Assembly: GCF_009914755.1 (NCBI RefSeq)
Contig: NC_060947.1
Origin: the human T2T-CHM13v2.0 reference genome, Homo sapiens
Strand: one strand, 5' to 3'
Length of the DNA stretch: 64,000 nucleotides
Below, one piece after another: positions 1 to 17,925 of the stretch. The notes beneath the pieces are model-generated. The model did no database searches and was not told where the DNA came from. It was given only the letters and a program-made list of their open reading frames with translations. The position numbers and the translations under genes are program-made. The first letter of the stretch is position 1; each line of letters starts with the position of its first letter.

Positions 1-1449
1 CCGGATTTTGACTCAAAGCAAAGGCAAAGTAAATAATGCCTAATGTCAGTATGAACTGAATCATTAAACCCCAAGTATAAAGAAATCTTATTGCATATCT
101 TATGTTGATGGGCCTCATGATCTGTTCTCTTCAAACAGCCCAGTTAGAGTTATAGGTAGTGCCATATCAAGAACCAGAAACCAAAGAAATAGGTCCTGAT
201 AAAATCTTCAGAAGAGTGCTTATCAGGTCAGGTTTGCAAATGACTTGAGGCATTGTGATAATGGAAAGGGCCAAGACAGGTTCCACATATGGCCAGTAGT
301 TTTTAAACTTTGGGAGTCAACTAAACTCTAGGGAGATACCATCTTTCTCTCCGAGAAAAACAAACATAGGCACATACTCACACGTTAAAAGATAAAATTG
401 GGGGAGAGGTTTTCACAGAGAGGTGTAATCTGAGGTGTACAGGAGTATCTGAAGTAAAGACTGAACATTTTGATAGCCTGCCTAGAAAGAATGACAGTGT
501 CCTAAAAGATCAGAATTTGAACAAGCCAACACTGCACAAATCAGAAATGGGTGAGGTGGGAAGATGATGAAGAAAGCAAAGCCAAAGATGGAGAATTAAG
601 ATACAGTCCTAGCCGCCAAATGTCCCTGTGTGTTAAATAGGAAAAGCAGCACAGCTGCCAAATGTTTCAAGTCTACAGACTCCAGCAAGACACTTGATTC
701 AGGAATCTACAGTTTTGGGAGTTTGTCTTGGAAGCTTTCATACCACTAGCCTCAGAGCCCAGATACAGAACCGGTGTCAAATGCCTTTAAGTGGAATAGA
801 ATATTGAGATGATCTCTAGGAAGGAAAAAGGCAGCAAATAAGTTTAAACTCAGAGAGGAGACACAACTCCTGGCAGGAAGCTTTCCTAGAGAGAAGGGTA
901 GTGTTAATTACTACTGAAAGATAAAAATCATATGCCTTCTTTTTTGGAATTGCTACTCTTCCCTACAGATCAGCAATTTTTTGAGCATGTGCAAGCGTGT
1001 TTTCTTTTTGAAGGTGTTGATGTTGAAATGATAGCTGCTTTCAATTTGCAGAAATCTAAGCAGGGGGTCAGTGTTCAGCAACTAAATCAAAGAGCAATTG
1101 TGCCTTTCGACTTTAAAAAATAAACGTCCCTATCATAGACCTACTGCTGTAGAGACTCACAGAGCCGTGCCAATTGGCTGCTTCCTCAAATGTGCCTTGT
1201 GTACGATCCTAGGCTCAAGAGAACAAGGCAAAAGGGCAATGGTGAGTCTAAACAGAGGCAGCATTCTGAACTCAGGTACTGCACGAGATGTACTGCTTGA
1301 TGGGGAGGGCATTTCTTGAGCAAAGGAAACAGTTGTACCATCTAGACTCAGAAAAATGCTAAAAGTGAAGTGCCACAGTCATGTCTGAGGAGCGCTGGAG
1401 GGGTGGCACAAGCAGAAGAGTAAGATAAGAGGAAATGAGATGCTGAATG

Positions 1450-1594
1450 CAGAGCCAGGAGACCTGGGTTGAAGTCTCAGTTTTACATTACCGCTGCGTA
1501 ACTTTGTATATATGTAAGTCATTCAGCTTCTTTATCTGCACAATAGGCTTAATGATAACAACTCTACCTATTTCAGAGAATTGGTATGGGATGC
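1450..1594 (+). mobile_element. MIR (continues 2572-2630 after the L1 insertion)
   Basis: gacctgggtt...ctttatctgcacaatagg core similarity. Confidence 0.6.
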
Positions 1595-2572
<978 letters not shown>

Positions 2573-2689
2573 GAATTCGTATGTGATGCAAACATTATCA
2601 TAAAAGTGATGCACATTTGAAATAATAATGTCCTACATCAGGTAAAGCATTTGCTCTTCCATCTATTCCCCTAGTCTGCTCATTACAGT

Positions 2690-2968
2690 CTGTTTGTTTG
2701 TTTGTTTGAGTCACTCTGTTGCCCAGGCTGGAATGAAGTGGTGTGATTATAGCTCACTATAGCTTCAAACACCTGGGCTCAAGTGAGCCTCCTGCCTCAG
2801 CCTCCCATACGAGCACATGACACCACCTGGCTAATTTTAAAAAAATTTTTTAGAGCGGAGGTCTCACTATGCTGCCCAGGCTGGTCTCAAACTTCTGGGC
2901 TCAAGTGATCCTCCTGCCTTGGCCTCCTAATGTGTTGTGATTACAGACATGAGCTACCATGCCTGGCC
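2690..2968 (-). mobile_element. AluJ
   Basis: Diverged dimer, TSD catta(c/t)agtc. Confidence 0.9.
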
Positions 2969-3339
2969 CATTATAGTCTTTGGGGTGATTTTCTTTCTTC
3001 CCTAGCTTGGCACAGCCACACTCCTGCATTACAGCTCAGATCAGACCTGTGTACACCTGGGATTTCCTAGATGTCAGCAGAAAAGCTTGGAGGGGCCCAA
3101 ATCCCCACTCTGTTGGAAGCAGAAGCTGCTGCAGAATAAGTGATCTTTATCAGGTCTAAGTGGTAGATGAGTTTTCACAAAAAAATGCAAGCAACCTGAG
3201 GTGACTGAAAAGGAAAGGGTCCACATTCCCATTTTTTAACCTCTATTTTATGCACTTCTTTCATCCAAGAAATGTTTTCTAAACTTTTGGGACATAATGG
3301 GCTAAGAGAAGCAACAAGATATTATATAAAGGGCAATGA

Positions 3340-3635
3340 GGCTGGGCGTAGTGGCGCACACCTATAATCTCAACACTTAGGGAGGCTGGGGCAGGTGGAT
3401 CACTTGAGGCCAGGAGTTCAAGACCAGCCTGGCCAACATGGTAAAAACCCCATCTCTACTAAAATACAAAAAAATAGCCAGGCGTGGTGGCACATGCCTG
3501 TAATCTAGTAAGCTACTCAGGAGGCTGAGGCACAAGAATCGCGTGAACCCAGGAGGCAGAGGCTGCAGTAAGCTGAGATCACGCCACTGAACTCCAGCCC
3601 GGGTGACAGAGCAAGAATCTGTCAAAAAAAAAAAA
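3340..3635 (+). mobile_element. AluS
   Basis: Full dimer with A-tail. Confidence 0.93.
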
Positions 3636-3654
3636 GGCAATACTCCAGTGATAA

Positions 3655-4390
<736 letters not shown>

Positions 4391-4399
4391 AGATACTGG

Positions 4400-4720
<321 letters not shown>

Positions 4721-4729
4721 AAAGTAGTT

Positions 4730-5080
4730 AATGGTCCAGAAATCGACAGACCTGGGTTCTAGCCATCATGTGTCCATTGGGCAGCTCACTTGGTATCTTT
4801 CAGCTCAATTTGCTCATATGGTAAAATAGGGATAATGATGCCTATATGTTCTTTTTTACAGAATTGTTCCAAAACACAAGGCATAATGATGATACCTAAG
4901 TGGAAGACTTAGAAAAAACAACAGCTTTAGAGTCAAAAGGCCAACATTTAAATCCATTGCTCTACCACTTTTATGAATATGTTGATCCTATCTTAAGCCT
5001 CAGTATTCCCATCTGTAAAATGCGGGCATCGATATGTACCTCAATGGATCATTATGGAGGTAAAATGAAACAATGCCTAT
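4730..5080 (+). mobile_element. Two MIR fragments
   Basis: acagacctgggttcta; agcctcagtattcccatctgtaaaatg. Confidence 0.6.
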
Positions 5081-5437
5081 AGGAAAACCTTATACAATTT
5101 ATAGCATGGTAACATATCAGAATAAATAAGAACCATGTATTCCTCTCCAAATGATGCCATAAATTTGGCATAACCATACCTTGTCAATGTCCTCTACTAT
5201 AAATTAGGTATAACAATACAAAATTATCCAAATGGGGAAAATAACAAAAATACCTTTGTAATATAATGGTCAAAATATTAATACAATAATGTTCTGTTTA
5301 TTCAGCATTATCAGATAATAATCCATTACAAAAAGTTAATTTTCAATTTAAATAAAGTTTATCCCTTCAAACATTTAGAACTTTTGTAATTTAACCATTT
5401 TAATGGAAAGCTAAGCTAACATTTAATTTTCTGCATT

Positions 5438-5581
5438 CTTTTTGTTGTTGGTGGTGGTGTTGTTTAGAGACAAGGTCTCACTATGCTACCCAGGCTGGAC
5501 TCGAACTCCTGGACGTAAGCAACCCTCCTGCCTCAGCCTCCTGAGCAGCTAGGACTACAGGCATATGCCATCATGCCCAGC
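5438..5581 (-). mobile_element. FLAM Alu monomer
   Basis: Single ~130-bp arm with TSD tttctgc. Confidence 0.85.
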
Positions 5582-6157
5582 TTTCTGCTTTCTTAAATGG
5601 TTTTTGGATGACTCCACTTCATCATTGTGACAACATCAGTCAATCTGAGGCTGTCACATACTCAAAGAATGCTCAGGTATGTAGGATTATTGAACTCTAC
5701 ATAAAATAGACACAAAGCACAATGCTTTATAGGCCTTATATCTGTTTTCCCCAATATTTTCAGGCTCCCCCAATACATACACACACTTCAATTCAATTCC
5801 ATTGTCACTTCTTTTTCATATCAAAGTTCTGGTGCTAGACTCCTCACTTCACCTCCAAATCCCTAGATTCTGCTTCTAAATTTCTAAGGGGTAGAAACCA
5901 CATCAGAATTTAAATGAAGAGCCAATAAAATCAGGACAACATTCTCTCCCACGGAATAGTGCACAGCGAAAACCACTTAAGCTATTAGAGACCGTTTTTG
6001 GAAAGGCAAGCCTCTAGACTCCCAGCTTTATTCTGGATATTGAGATTATTAGAAATCTGACCTTCAAATGTCCAGTAGTATTAACATAATGAGGTAACAG
6101 CAGTGACAATATTCTAACTGATGTGCATGTTAAATCACTTATTCTACTTAGCAACTG

Positions 6158-6460
<303 letters not shown>

Positions 6461-6579
6461 TAGCAACTAATCCATGGGCTTATAAATAAAAAAATTAAGC
6501 CAGAAAAGCAAAATTACTTGATACACCCTATAGTCTTTAAGTCTCAATCGACATTTCCTCTAGGCATACAGCACTTAAT

Positions 6580-6790
6580 TAGAAAGAACTTTCATTTCCA
6601 TGATCTCACTTGATTCTCAGAATAATCTTGTGAGGGGAACAGGGTAGGTGTTCTTGATCCCATTTCACATATAGGGAAATTGAGGCACCAAAAGGTGAAC
6701 TGTACCTAAGATTGCGTGGTTAGCAAAGATTTAAGACTAGAATCCTAATTCTATAAACCCTAGGCCAGTGCTTTCTGCTGGGCCACACTG
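6580..6790 (-). mobile_element. MIR
   Basis: cccatttcacatatagggaaattgaggcac core. Confidence 0.6.
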
Positions 6791-7656
6791 ACTCTCATGA
6801 ACACACAGGAGCATCTGTCAGTACCCTATCTCTGGAGAACATTTTATTGGCTACAGTCCTGGAGAGGAGGAGTTGTGAACTGTCTCCAAAAAACCCAGGC
6901 CCAACAATAAGGTGATTATCACTAGGCAGGGGATTATAAACTTTGCAGACCAAAATCTCTTTTATAGGCTTCAGCAATGCCCTAGAATGCTGAGGACAAT
7001 GTTCAGAATGTCATAAGACAGCTGGAGATGATCCAGAAAGAGGACAAGAAACTCACCAAGCAAGGGATGTGTTTTTAAGTGAGGTTGCTAACAGAAAAAA
7101 TACAATTCTTTTGTATGCAAAGATGAGGAATGAGGGCTGAGGGCTGAGGGCTGAAAATACAAATCTTTAAAATCACACAAGGTAAGGATATGTGAATACA
7201 CTTTTCTTTTTTAAGCAAGTCTAAAAAACCAGAACTTGGAAATTCCTCTTGAAGTTTCAAAGAATCACTTCTAGGACAAATCAAATAACGTCATATTTTC
7301 ATGAGTAGACTTAGGAAACTCCTTTATGTGGGTTAGAGTTATAAACAGGTTTAAGAAGGAGTTAGAAAAATTAATATGAGGTCAAGATGTAGAGAAATTC
7401 GGACTTCCAGGGTATCTAATCACTGTGTGAAGCAATATCATTCTTTTCATCAACTATCTCCTAATGCCACTGTCCAAAACAAAACCCCTGGCCGAATGAA
7501 TCATGGGTTTGAATCAAAGTAGCAAATCCAACATTTTTATGAGTCAGTTCATGCAAATATTATGGATCCTGAAGAAAACTTTAAAATTATTTATCAAGTT
7601 ATTCAAAAAATTAAAAATAGAATTACTATATGATACAGCAATTACACTACTGGATA

Positions 7657-8246
7657 TATCTCAGTCCATTTCTGATGCTATAACAAATTACCACAGACTG
7701 AGTAATTTATAAAGAACAGAAATTTATTTCTCACAGTTCTGGAGGCTGGGAAATATAAGACCAAGGTGCCGGTAAATTAGGTGTCTGGTGATGGTCCAGG
7801 CTCTGCTTCCAAGATGGCACTGCCTCCATAGGGGAGGAATGCCGTGTTCTCACATGGCAGAAGGCCGAAGAGCAAAAAAACAACAACAAAAAAGGCCAGT
7901 GCAGTGGTTCACGCCTGTAATCCCAGCTACTCAGGAGACTACGGCAGGAGAATCGCTTGAACCCAGGAGACGGAGGTTGCAGTGAGCCAAGATAGCGCCA
8001 CTGCACTCCACCCTGGATGACAGACTGAGACTCCACCAAAAAAAAAAAAAGTGGAAGAACAAACTTCTTCCATCAAACCCTTTTATAAGGGTATTAATCC
8101 ACTGATAATAACAGGGGCCTCATTACTAAACATCTCAGGGGCCTCATTACTAAACATCTCCCAAAAGTCTACACTTCCTAATACTGTTGCATTGGGGATT
8201 AAGTTTCCAATACATGCATTTGGGGATACACATTCGCACCATAGCA
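7657..8246 (-). mobile_element. MaLR solo LTR (MST/MLT1A class) with an Alu fragment inserted at 7893-8050
   Basis: gtaatttataaagaacagaaatttatttctcacagttctggaggctggg...cacattcgcaccatagca. Confidence 0.85.
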
Positions 8247-8457
8247 GGGTATATACCCAAAAGAGTTGAAAGCCAAGGTCTCAAAGAGGTATTTGTACAC
8301 TCATATTCACAGCGGCATTGTTCACAATAGCCAAAAAGTGGAAGCAACCTAAGTGTCCATCAATAGGTGAATGGATAAACAAAATGTATATGCACATAAT
8401 GTAATATTATTTCAGCCGTAAAAAGAAATGAAATTCTGACACATGTTACAAGATGGA

Positions 8458-9807
8458 TGTATCAGGGCTAAGGGAAAACTCCCTCCATCCTTGCTGGTTC
8501 TCTGAAAAATCAACTGACAAAAGGCAAATTAATAGGAGAAAAGGCATACAATTTATTAATGTGCACAGGAATCATACAAAATATAAGAATTCAAAGAAAG
8601 GCAAGGTAGCTGGTGCTTTTATTTTTTTTAACTTTTATTTTAGGTTCAGGCATACAAGTGCAGGTTTATTATATAGTTAAATTGCATGTCACGGGGGTTT
8701 GGTGTACAGATTATTTTGTCACCCACGTAATAAGCATAGTACAATAGGTAGTTTTTCAACCCTCACCCAATAATTTCCCAATAATGGGATTGTTGGGTCG
8801 AATGGTGGTAGTTCTGTTCTAAGTTCTTTGAGAAATCTCCAAACTGCTTTCCGAAGTGGCTGAACCACTGTATAAGTGATCCCTTTTCTCCACAACCTTG
8901 CCAGCATCTGTTATTTTTTGACTTTTTAATAATAGCCATTCTGACTGGGGTGAAATGGTATCTCACTGTGGTTTTGGTTTACGTTTCTCTAATAATCAGC
9001 GATGCTGAGCATTTTTTCATAGGCTTGTTGGCCCCGTATATGTCTTCTTTTGAAAAGTGTCAGTCGTGTCCTTTATACACTTATTAATGAGGCTGTCTGT
9101 TTCCTGCTTGTTAATTTGTTTAACTTCCATATAGATTCTGGATATTAGACCTTTGTTGGATGTGTAGTTTGCAAATATATTCTCCCATTCTGTAGCTGGT
9201 CTGTTTACTGTGTTGATAGTTTTATTTGCTGCACAGAAGCTCTTTAGCCTAATTAGGTCCCATTTGTCAATTTTTTTGTTTTATTGCAATTGCTTTTGGT
9301 GTCTTTGTCATGAAATCTATGCCTGTTCCTATGTCCATAATGGTATTTTCCGAGATTTTCTTCCAGAGTTTGTATAGGGTTGACGCTTTTATACCATCTT
9401 GAGGTTACAGAAAGAATGGAAACTCCCTCGAGGCATGGCCAAAAACAGGTTATGGTGGAAAATCAGGTTATGGTGGCAGAACAGGGGGAGAAGAGGAGGC
9501 CTGGCTAGCAGAAGTGGTCTTGTTATATAGATAAAACTTCACAGGCAGAGCCCTCAGAGAGAATAGATGGTGAATGTTTATTCAGACCTTTATAGGTGTC
9601 AGACTCTCAGTTAATCTTTCCTAGATCTGGACAAGGGAGGGCCTCAGAAAAAAACCTGGCTATATCAGTGCAGATTTTCCCTACAGCTGCAAATGTCCCC
9701 AAAAAGACAGCTTTGCAGGGCTACTTCTGTTTACTGGTGCTCTGAACAGTCATCTTAAAATATGACAAAGACGTATATTTTCAGGTGAAATATTTTTGTT
9801 TCCTTCA
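8458..9807 (-). mobile_element. ERV1 solo LTR (MER39-like) split by L1PA
   Basis: Minus strand begins TGAAGGAAACAAAAATATTTCACC...GAAGTAGCCCTGCAAAGCTGTC. Both halves flank the L1 with TSD gcttttat. Confidence 0.7.
8620..9382 (-). mobile_element. L1PA15/16-like 3' fragment with internal deletion
   Basis: ttttattttaggttcagg...tacagattattttgtcaccc. ORF 8763-8966 (MRYHFTPVRMAIIKKSKNNRCW) is an L1 ORF2 C-terminal remnant. Confidence 0.88.
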
Positions 9808-11102
9808 GATGAACCTTAAGAACATTATGCTAAGTGAAATAAACCAGTCACAGCAGGCCAGCCAAAAACTGTATACTTTCCTTTACATGAGGTACTTCCA
9901 CTTATAGAGTAGTCAAATTCATAAAGACAGAAAGTAGAACAATGGATGCCAGGGGCTGAGGGCAGCTGGGAATGGGGAGTTAAAGTTTAACGTGTATAGT
10001 TTTAATTTTACAAGACGATAAGAGTTCTGGAGATGGGTGGTGGTGATGGTTATACAACAATATGAATGTACTTAATCCCACTGAACCAAAGACTTAAAAA
10101 TGATTAAGATGGTACCTTTATGTTATGTATATTTTATCACAATTTAAAACAATTAAAAATTATTTATCAGACTCTATTAAACAAATCCTTTTTCTTGCCC
10201 ACATAAGAAGGGTTGAGAATGAAAAGTCTATTTATAAACTGAGAAGAACTTGCCTAAAATGGTACATAAAAAGAAAGACACTAGACCCATCTCAGCTATA
10301 TACTTGGGGCCTGAAAAGGGAAGAATGCGACTAAATATGGTTTATCATGTGAAAGTTTTTATTTTGTTGTTCAATAGTAATCTTTTGGAGTATTTCTTCA
10401 TTTATATCAGTTTCAGAAGCATTCTGAAGGTACTGCAGATGTCAGGTGAGAAATTTGAATTCCTGGGTCCTATTCCCACATTGGCCAAGGCTCCCTACAA
10501 TCACAAAAAGCTTCTGCAGTCACTCAAAGCAAGGCAGGAAGCAAAGGGAGAAGAAAGACAAACAAGTAAAATAGCCTGCCATCAAATGTGAAATTATTCC
10601 TCTCCAGCTTGTTCAGGCCCAGTATGCAATAGACCCTATTTATATATTTCTTCTGGGGTTTCTAAATTACTTCTGTAACAACTAGGACATAGTGAGAAGT
10701 TCAAAAAGAGGCCAACTTTCTAGAGACAGAGGATGTCTGTATATTCTGTGAGATGATTTATACACACATCTCCATTAATGTACATTAGCCCTGCCCTGCA
10801 GCTTCGTCTATCAGAATAACCAACATCAAGGTAATCAAAGCCAATTCTCAGGGGAAGGTGGGCAGATTCAAAGATACGGTGCTGGAAAAGAAGATATCCC
10901 TCTACACCCACACCCACATGTTACTGTTACTGTGATTTTCTTCCAAGCCAACACCATCTGCCTATAAAATCCATGCCGTAACCACCTATCCTTCCCCACA
11001 CGCCCACCCAGGGCCCTTTGTTCAACCTCAGCTCTGACAAAACATGCAAAAAAGGGGTTATCCCTCTCTGTTGCAATTCCAAAAACTAAGAAATCCTAGA
11101 TA

Positions 11103-11250
<148 letters not shown>

Positions 11251-12029
11251 AAAGAAATCCTAGAGAAAACATTATACTTTGAATTGCCATAAAGCACTCT
11301 CATTGCATCTTTAACCTACTCTCTTAATTTAGGTACAAGCAAATCACCAGCTCATAAGGGGGAAGGAAGTCTCTTTACAGTGTATTACACAATATTCATG
11401 GGATAAGACAGCCTGGAAAGGGAAGAATATGTGTTAAGAACCAAGGCAGTAGACCAGGTCCCATTATTGACAAGAACTCTGTCTCTCTTAATCCTTAGAT
11501 GAGCCACTTAACCGTTCTGTCTCAATTTATCTCCTGTAAAATAGGGTCTTATTAATTCATTCAAATAAAATACTTAGAGACTACTGAGGGCCAGGAGTTA
11601 TGTTAGGCACGTTGACCAGAACTAAAGATTGTTCCCTTTCTCAGTGCCAGTAGAACCACAATGATATAACATCAGACCCAAGAGCACTATAAATAACAAT
11701 GCTAATCTTTCTCAAATGGTTATTACTGAAAAGGAGAAGAGGATCAGGCATACCAATACCTTATTGGTGAGTGTGGCTGCTGTTATATGCTATCCCAGAA
11801 GGCTTTCTGATCAGTCCCCACTTTACTGTCATTGGAATATGGGTAAGGCTGTGTGACTATGAGAAATATGCACTCATATTCCTTTTCTCTTCTCTTTGTG
11901 AAGTATATTCTTGAATTTTCAAGTCATAAGCCATATCCAAACACCAATTAAGTTATTAATTACTACAATTTAAGTTTGTTTATGGCACAAGCACTGTCAT
12001 AAGTATGTTTTTTTAAAATATATACTTAA

Positions 12030-12240
12030 ACAGTAGAGACTAACATTTATTAAGAGTATATTACTTTCAAATATGTTATTTCATGTATACCTTCTATAAC
12101 CAAGGTTGGTATTACTGTCTCCATTTATAATTGAGGAAACTGAAACTTTAAGAAGTTCATAGCTTGTTCAAATGCCACCCAGATAGTAAATAGGGAATTC
12201 AAACCCAGATCTGTGTGCCTCCCAAGCCAATGGTCATTCT
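12030..12240 (-). mobile_element. MIR
   Basis: ctccattttataattgaggaaactgaaac...ggaattcaaacccagatctg. Confidence 0.7.
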
Positions 12241-13209
12241 GGCAACTAAATGCCATTGTGCTAAGCCTTCCCATTACCATTACTTGCTGATGAGCTCAAT
12301 TTCCTAGACAGAGAATATGCTGAAACCTAAGCTCAGTAACCTAACTTCAACCAAGACTATGTCTTTAACCACTTTAGTCCCAAATGTTCTTTAGGTGCAT
12401 AAGAATAAAAAAAGAAGAAGACTTAATTAAAGCCCTGCAGTCCAAAAGTTAGCATTTCCCCTTCCAAACTAGTTTCTACTGCTCTCAAAAGGACAGAGTT
12501 AAAGATGGAAGACATCTACAAGGCAACAATCTAATTCCATTCTTTCTCTAGCCACGTCTGTCTTGGCTGATTTAGGTGGCTAGGAAGCAGAGGAGTTGAC
12601 TCCATGACCTCTCAAGACTCTTTCTAATATTGTAATTCTGATTCTCTTTGCCCTACTTACACATGGGAACCTGTGATTATTCTCTATAGCTAGATTTTGG
12701 AGGCCAGATTGCTCCATTTTGAAAAGGTACCATGAATAACATGAGATAGAAACTTATAACTGCCATATTTTTTAAATCTGTATTAAATCATACTAAAATA
12801 ATCATCCTGAAATAACAAGATCATACCAATCAATCAGAAGGAATTAAGAGTCAGGGAAGCAGAGAGTTGCTCCTGTTCATAACATTTCTTCTCTTTAGAC
12901 CTCAGTGAAATATTATCTGACCAGCTGGAGAAAGCTTGACTGGGCAATGTGCCCTGTGGTGACTTCTGTGGTTCCTGTCCTGTAGCCTTCACTACTTGGT
13001 GTATTACATCATTATTAACTATAAAGGGAACTGCTGTCTGGCCCCTTTAATAAAGAACTTCCCAACTGTGTCAAAGAGAGAAAAAGGTCCCTGTTAGCTT
13101 ATGACAAATAACATATCAAAAACCATGGGTTTCTCTGCCAACGGAGCTTCAGACTGCTTATATATTACCCAATTGTATAATACACTTTAGGGCTTAATAT
13201 ACCAGTTCA

Positions 13210-13760
<551 letters not shown>

Positions 13761-14269
13761 TATATACCAGTTCAAAGTTCAAAATCAACAAACACATACA
13801 AACTATTCAAGGGCTTTGTGAAAAATCCCATCGACTATCTATAATGGGAAAGAGGAAAAAGGAGTTCGTGACCAAATACACAAAGACAGACAGTCAAAAA
13901 GGATGAACTGTTTCTGCGCTAGTGAACCAGTGTGTTTCTGAATGCCCACTGGGAAAAGCAAAACCCCTGTATGAGAGTTTCTTGAGATCAGAACTGAGAC
14001 TGTGTCAGGCCCCGGGGTAGGCAATAGGAATACATCTCTGATGATGAACACTTTGCCCATTCAAACAGGAAAACACCTCATAGCACAACCTGCATTCCAA
14101 GCTTTCATTATGTATGCGGGAATAGGTCATTTCCAAAACCACTTCCCTGCATACCTCTCTACACAAACTCAGCAGAAGCTGGACACAAACAAGAAGGTCC
14201 AAGGAACACTTAAGGAACTCAATGCCCTGCCCCACCCAACAACAGCCAATTAATGTTGCACAGCCTGTT

Positions 14270-14466
14270 TTAGTCTTGGAGGGCTATTCTGTATCTATTG
14301 CAATGACTCAATTCTGCCACTTTATTGCAAAAGCAGTCACAGACAATATATAAACAAATAGGTGTGGCTATGTGCCAATAAAACGTTATTTATGAAAACA
14401 GACATTATTTACGAAAAGAGGAGGTGGACAGGATTTGGCCATGAGCCACAGCATGCTGGCTCCTGC
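14270..14466 (+). mobile_element. MER58-like hAT-Charlie relic
   Basis: aaagcagtcacagacaatatataaacaaataggtgtggctatgtgccaataaaacgttattta. Confidence 0.75.
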
Positions 14467-14509
14467 TTTACTACAAATAGATCTCCTTGAGAAATCGAGT
14501 TACTATTCC

Positions 14510-14822
14510 TTTTTATATTTATTTATTTATTTATTTATTTATTTTGAGATGGAGACTTACTCTGTCATGAAGGCTGCAATGCAGTGGCGCGATCTCGGCT
14601 CACTGCAACTTCCACCTCTGGGGTTCAAGCAACTCTGCCTCAGCCTCCCAAATAGCTGGGATTACAGGTGCATGCCACCACACCCAGCTAATTTTTGTAT
14701 TTTTAGTAGATACGGAGTTTTGCCATGTAGCCCAGGCTTGTCTGGAACTCCTGACCTCAGGTGATCCACCCATTTGGCCTCCCAAAGTGCTGAGATTATA
14801 GGCGTGAGCCACCACGCCCAAC
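14510..14822 (-). mobile_element. AluSx
   Basis: Full dimer, (TTTA)n tail, TSD actattcct. Confidence 0.93.
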
Positions 14823-16039
14823 CTCAAGTGACTATTCCTTATCCCCTCTCTCTTCTGCCCAGGACTTCTGGAAAGGAGCAAAAAGCAAAGGTGCAAGGCT
14901 AAGAAGTTTCCCTCTATCAGTTATTCTCAAAAGCAGAAGCTACAAAAGACTTCAAAGTAAAAGATACCTGTGGGTATCCCATATACTTATTTCTACTTAT
15001 CACCATTAAAAAACAAAAATCTTTGCTGGTTTAATGGAGAGACCAGAGCTGCCTTCTCTGGTGTGCCAATAGGATGACACATGTTTTCTATTAAACATCA
15101 CATTATTAACTCCTGCCATTAGAAATATTAAAGGCACAGTTGACCAGCAGCTTTCAGAACAACTGGAAGCCACTGGGTGGAAGGGTGGGGAAACACACTT
15201 TGGGAAAGCCAGTTCTAAAGGGAGCTGCTGACTCCTTAGAGGTAAGACTGCTACTAAAAAAGGAAACCCTCCCTGAAGAGAAGAACTGCCAAGCAACCGC
15301 CTCCTTGCCCAGTGGCCAATTCAATGAATGCTTCAATCAGCCAGACCTTGCTGGACTTGTTAGACCTGACAAAACAACGGCAATAGCTTTGGTAATAATG
15401 TCAGACAGGGGCTTGTACAAAATTGCCTGCTGCAATGGAAATCTCTATAATGAGCTCTGCTGAAAACACATGCCAATTATGCCCATATTGCCAGAGGAGC
15501 AGAAGCTGATTAAAGGCATATGGGTAAGAAGGAGGCAAAAGAACTGGTCCTAAATATACTACCATAGCATACCTATATTTATGAGCCCCTCTGAATGTCA
15601 GAGGCTGCCTAACACATGGCATAAGAAGATCCAAAAGACTTGAAATCACAGTTTGAAGGTGAATCATTAGAGCAGGGATGGCTGGCTAGGAGGGCAATTT
15701 TCAAAACAATGCACAATAAGGCAAGGTCTCTAAGAGGGCTTCCTCAGGTCCTAGAGGGAAAAGGAGATACTGGCAGACACAGGCAACCCCGAGGAGGATA
15801 CATGACAGGGTTTTACAGAGACTGAGCTGTGTGCAAAGATGGTATTAGGAGGAGAGGCTCAAGGAGCAGGAGAGGGCTGAGTGCAAAGCCAGGCCAGCTG
15901 GGACAGACATCAGGGAGAATCAGGTAACTACAATGGCAAGACACCATACAGGAAGGCCCAGAGACGCAGACTTCCCAAACGCACCCTACAAGGCATAACC
16001 ATTGACCTCCTTCTATAATACATCATAATATAGTAAAAA

Positions 16040-16725
<686 letters not shown>

Positions 16726-16967
16726 TTTCTCTCCTCTGCTACTCTGCTAGCGTGGCCATCCAATTCCTGGCTAAGTTGTTACCCAATTAGCACACTGGCA
16801 CCCCGCACTTCCCCATTTAGTACCATTACAGAACAATCATCCCCAAACTCAACATTCACAGGTAACTTGGGCTAAATGATGTCTGCACCATCTATGAAAC
16901 TTCTAGAATAAAAAAGCAAGTAGTCTATAAAATACCATCCTACTTTTCCTCTTTCTTAACTCCTTAA

Positions 16968-17273
<306 letters not shown>

Positions 17274-17724
17274 CACTACTTTATAATTTTCTAGTTTTTT
17301 TCCACCCTAAAGACGTAATGAAAAATGCCCAAGGTTACTCCCTCCTTTATCACCAATATGCATCTTCCCCAATTTTTTTTAACCACCTCACTGGCTTCAG
17401 GCAATTCTCCTTTAAAGACATCTACCTTGGTCTGGACTGTCTTCCTCAGCAGCCTTCACAGAATAGCACATAGAAATTCTTACCACAAGCTCAGGTGTCT
17501 CAGCCCTGTCAGCTACCCACTTCTCTAATGCTGTTCTCCAGCTTTCAAACATTTTCTAATGGCCACCACTTCCTATGGGTATGTGTACAGATGGCTACTT
17601 CCGTTTCTCTGCAGAAGGCCCCAGATGTCTTCTTGACACTTCTACTTTCTGAACTATGTATTCTTCTGTACAGCACTTATATTCTCTTTCATCACTAAAG
17701 GGAATAAAAACAATGGGGAACCGT

Positions 17725-17925
17725 GGAAAGAATACACAGAAAATCTAAGTCTTGGCTCAACTACTGACTAGCTATGCAATCTTAGGGAAGTACCTAGGTT
17801 CTCTAAATCTTAGTTTCCTCATCTATAAATTGGAGGTAATTTAACACATTTCTTCCCTGTTTAGTTATAGAATGTATGTTAAAGTGCCTGGTATACTGTA
17901 AAGAGCTTTGCAAATGGCAGTTTAT
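17725..17925 (+). mobile_element. MIR
   Basis: tcttagtttcctcatctataaattgg core. Confidence 0.6.

Larger units (their letters stand above)
7600..10160 (+). mobile_element. L1MB 3' end, host to nested LTRs (pieces ~7600-7656, 8247-8457, 9808-10160)
   Basis: aaaatagaattactatatgat...gttcacaatagccaaaaagtggaagcaacc...gatgaaccttaagaacattatgctaagtg. Confidence 0.8.

Noticed and set aside
15140-15463. 107-aa ORF as a possible processed pseudogene
   Set aside because: No recognisable parent protein, poly-A tail or TSD
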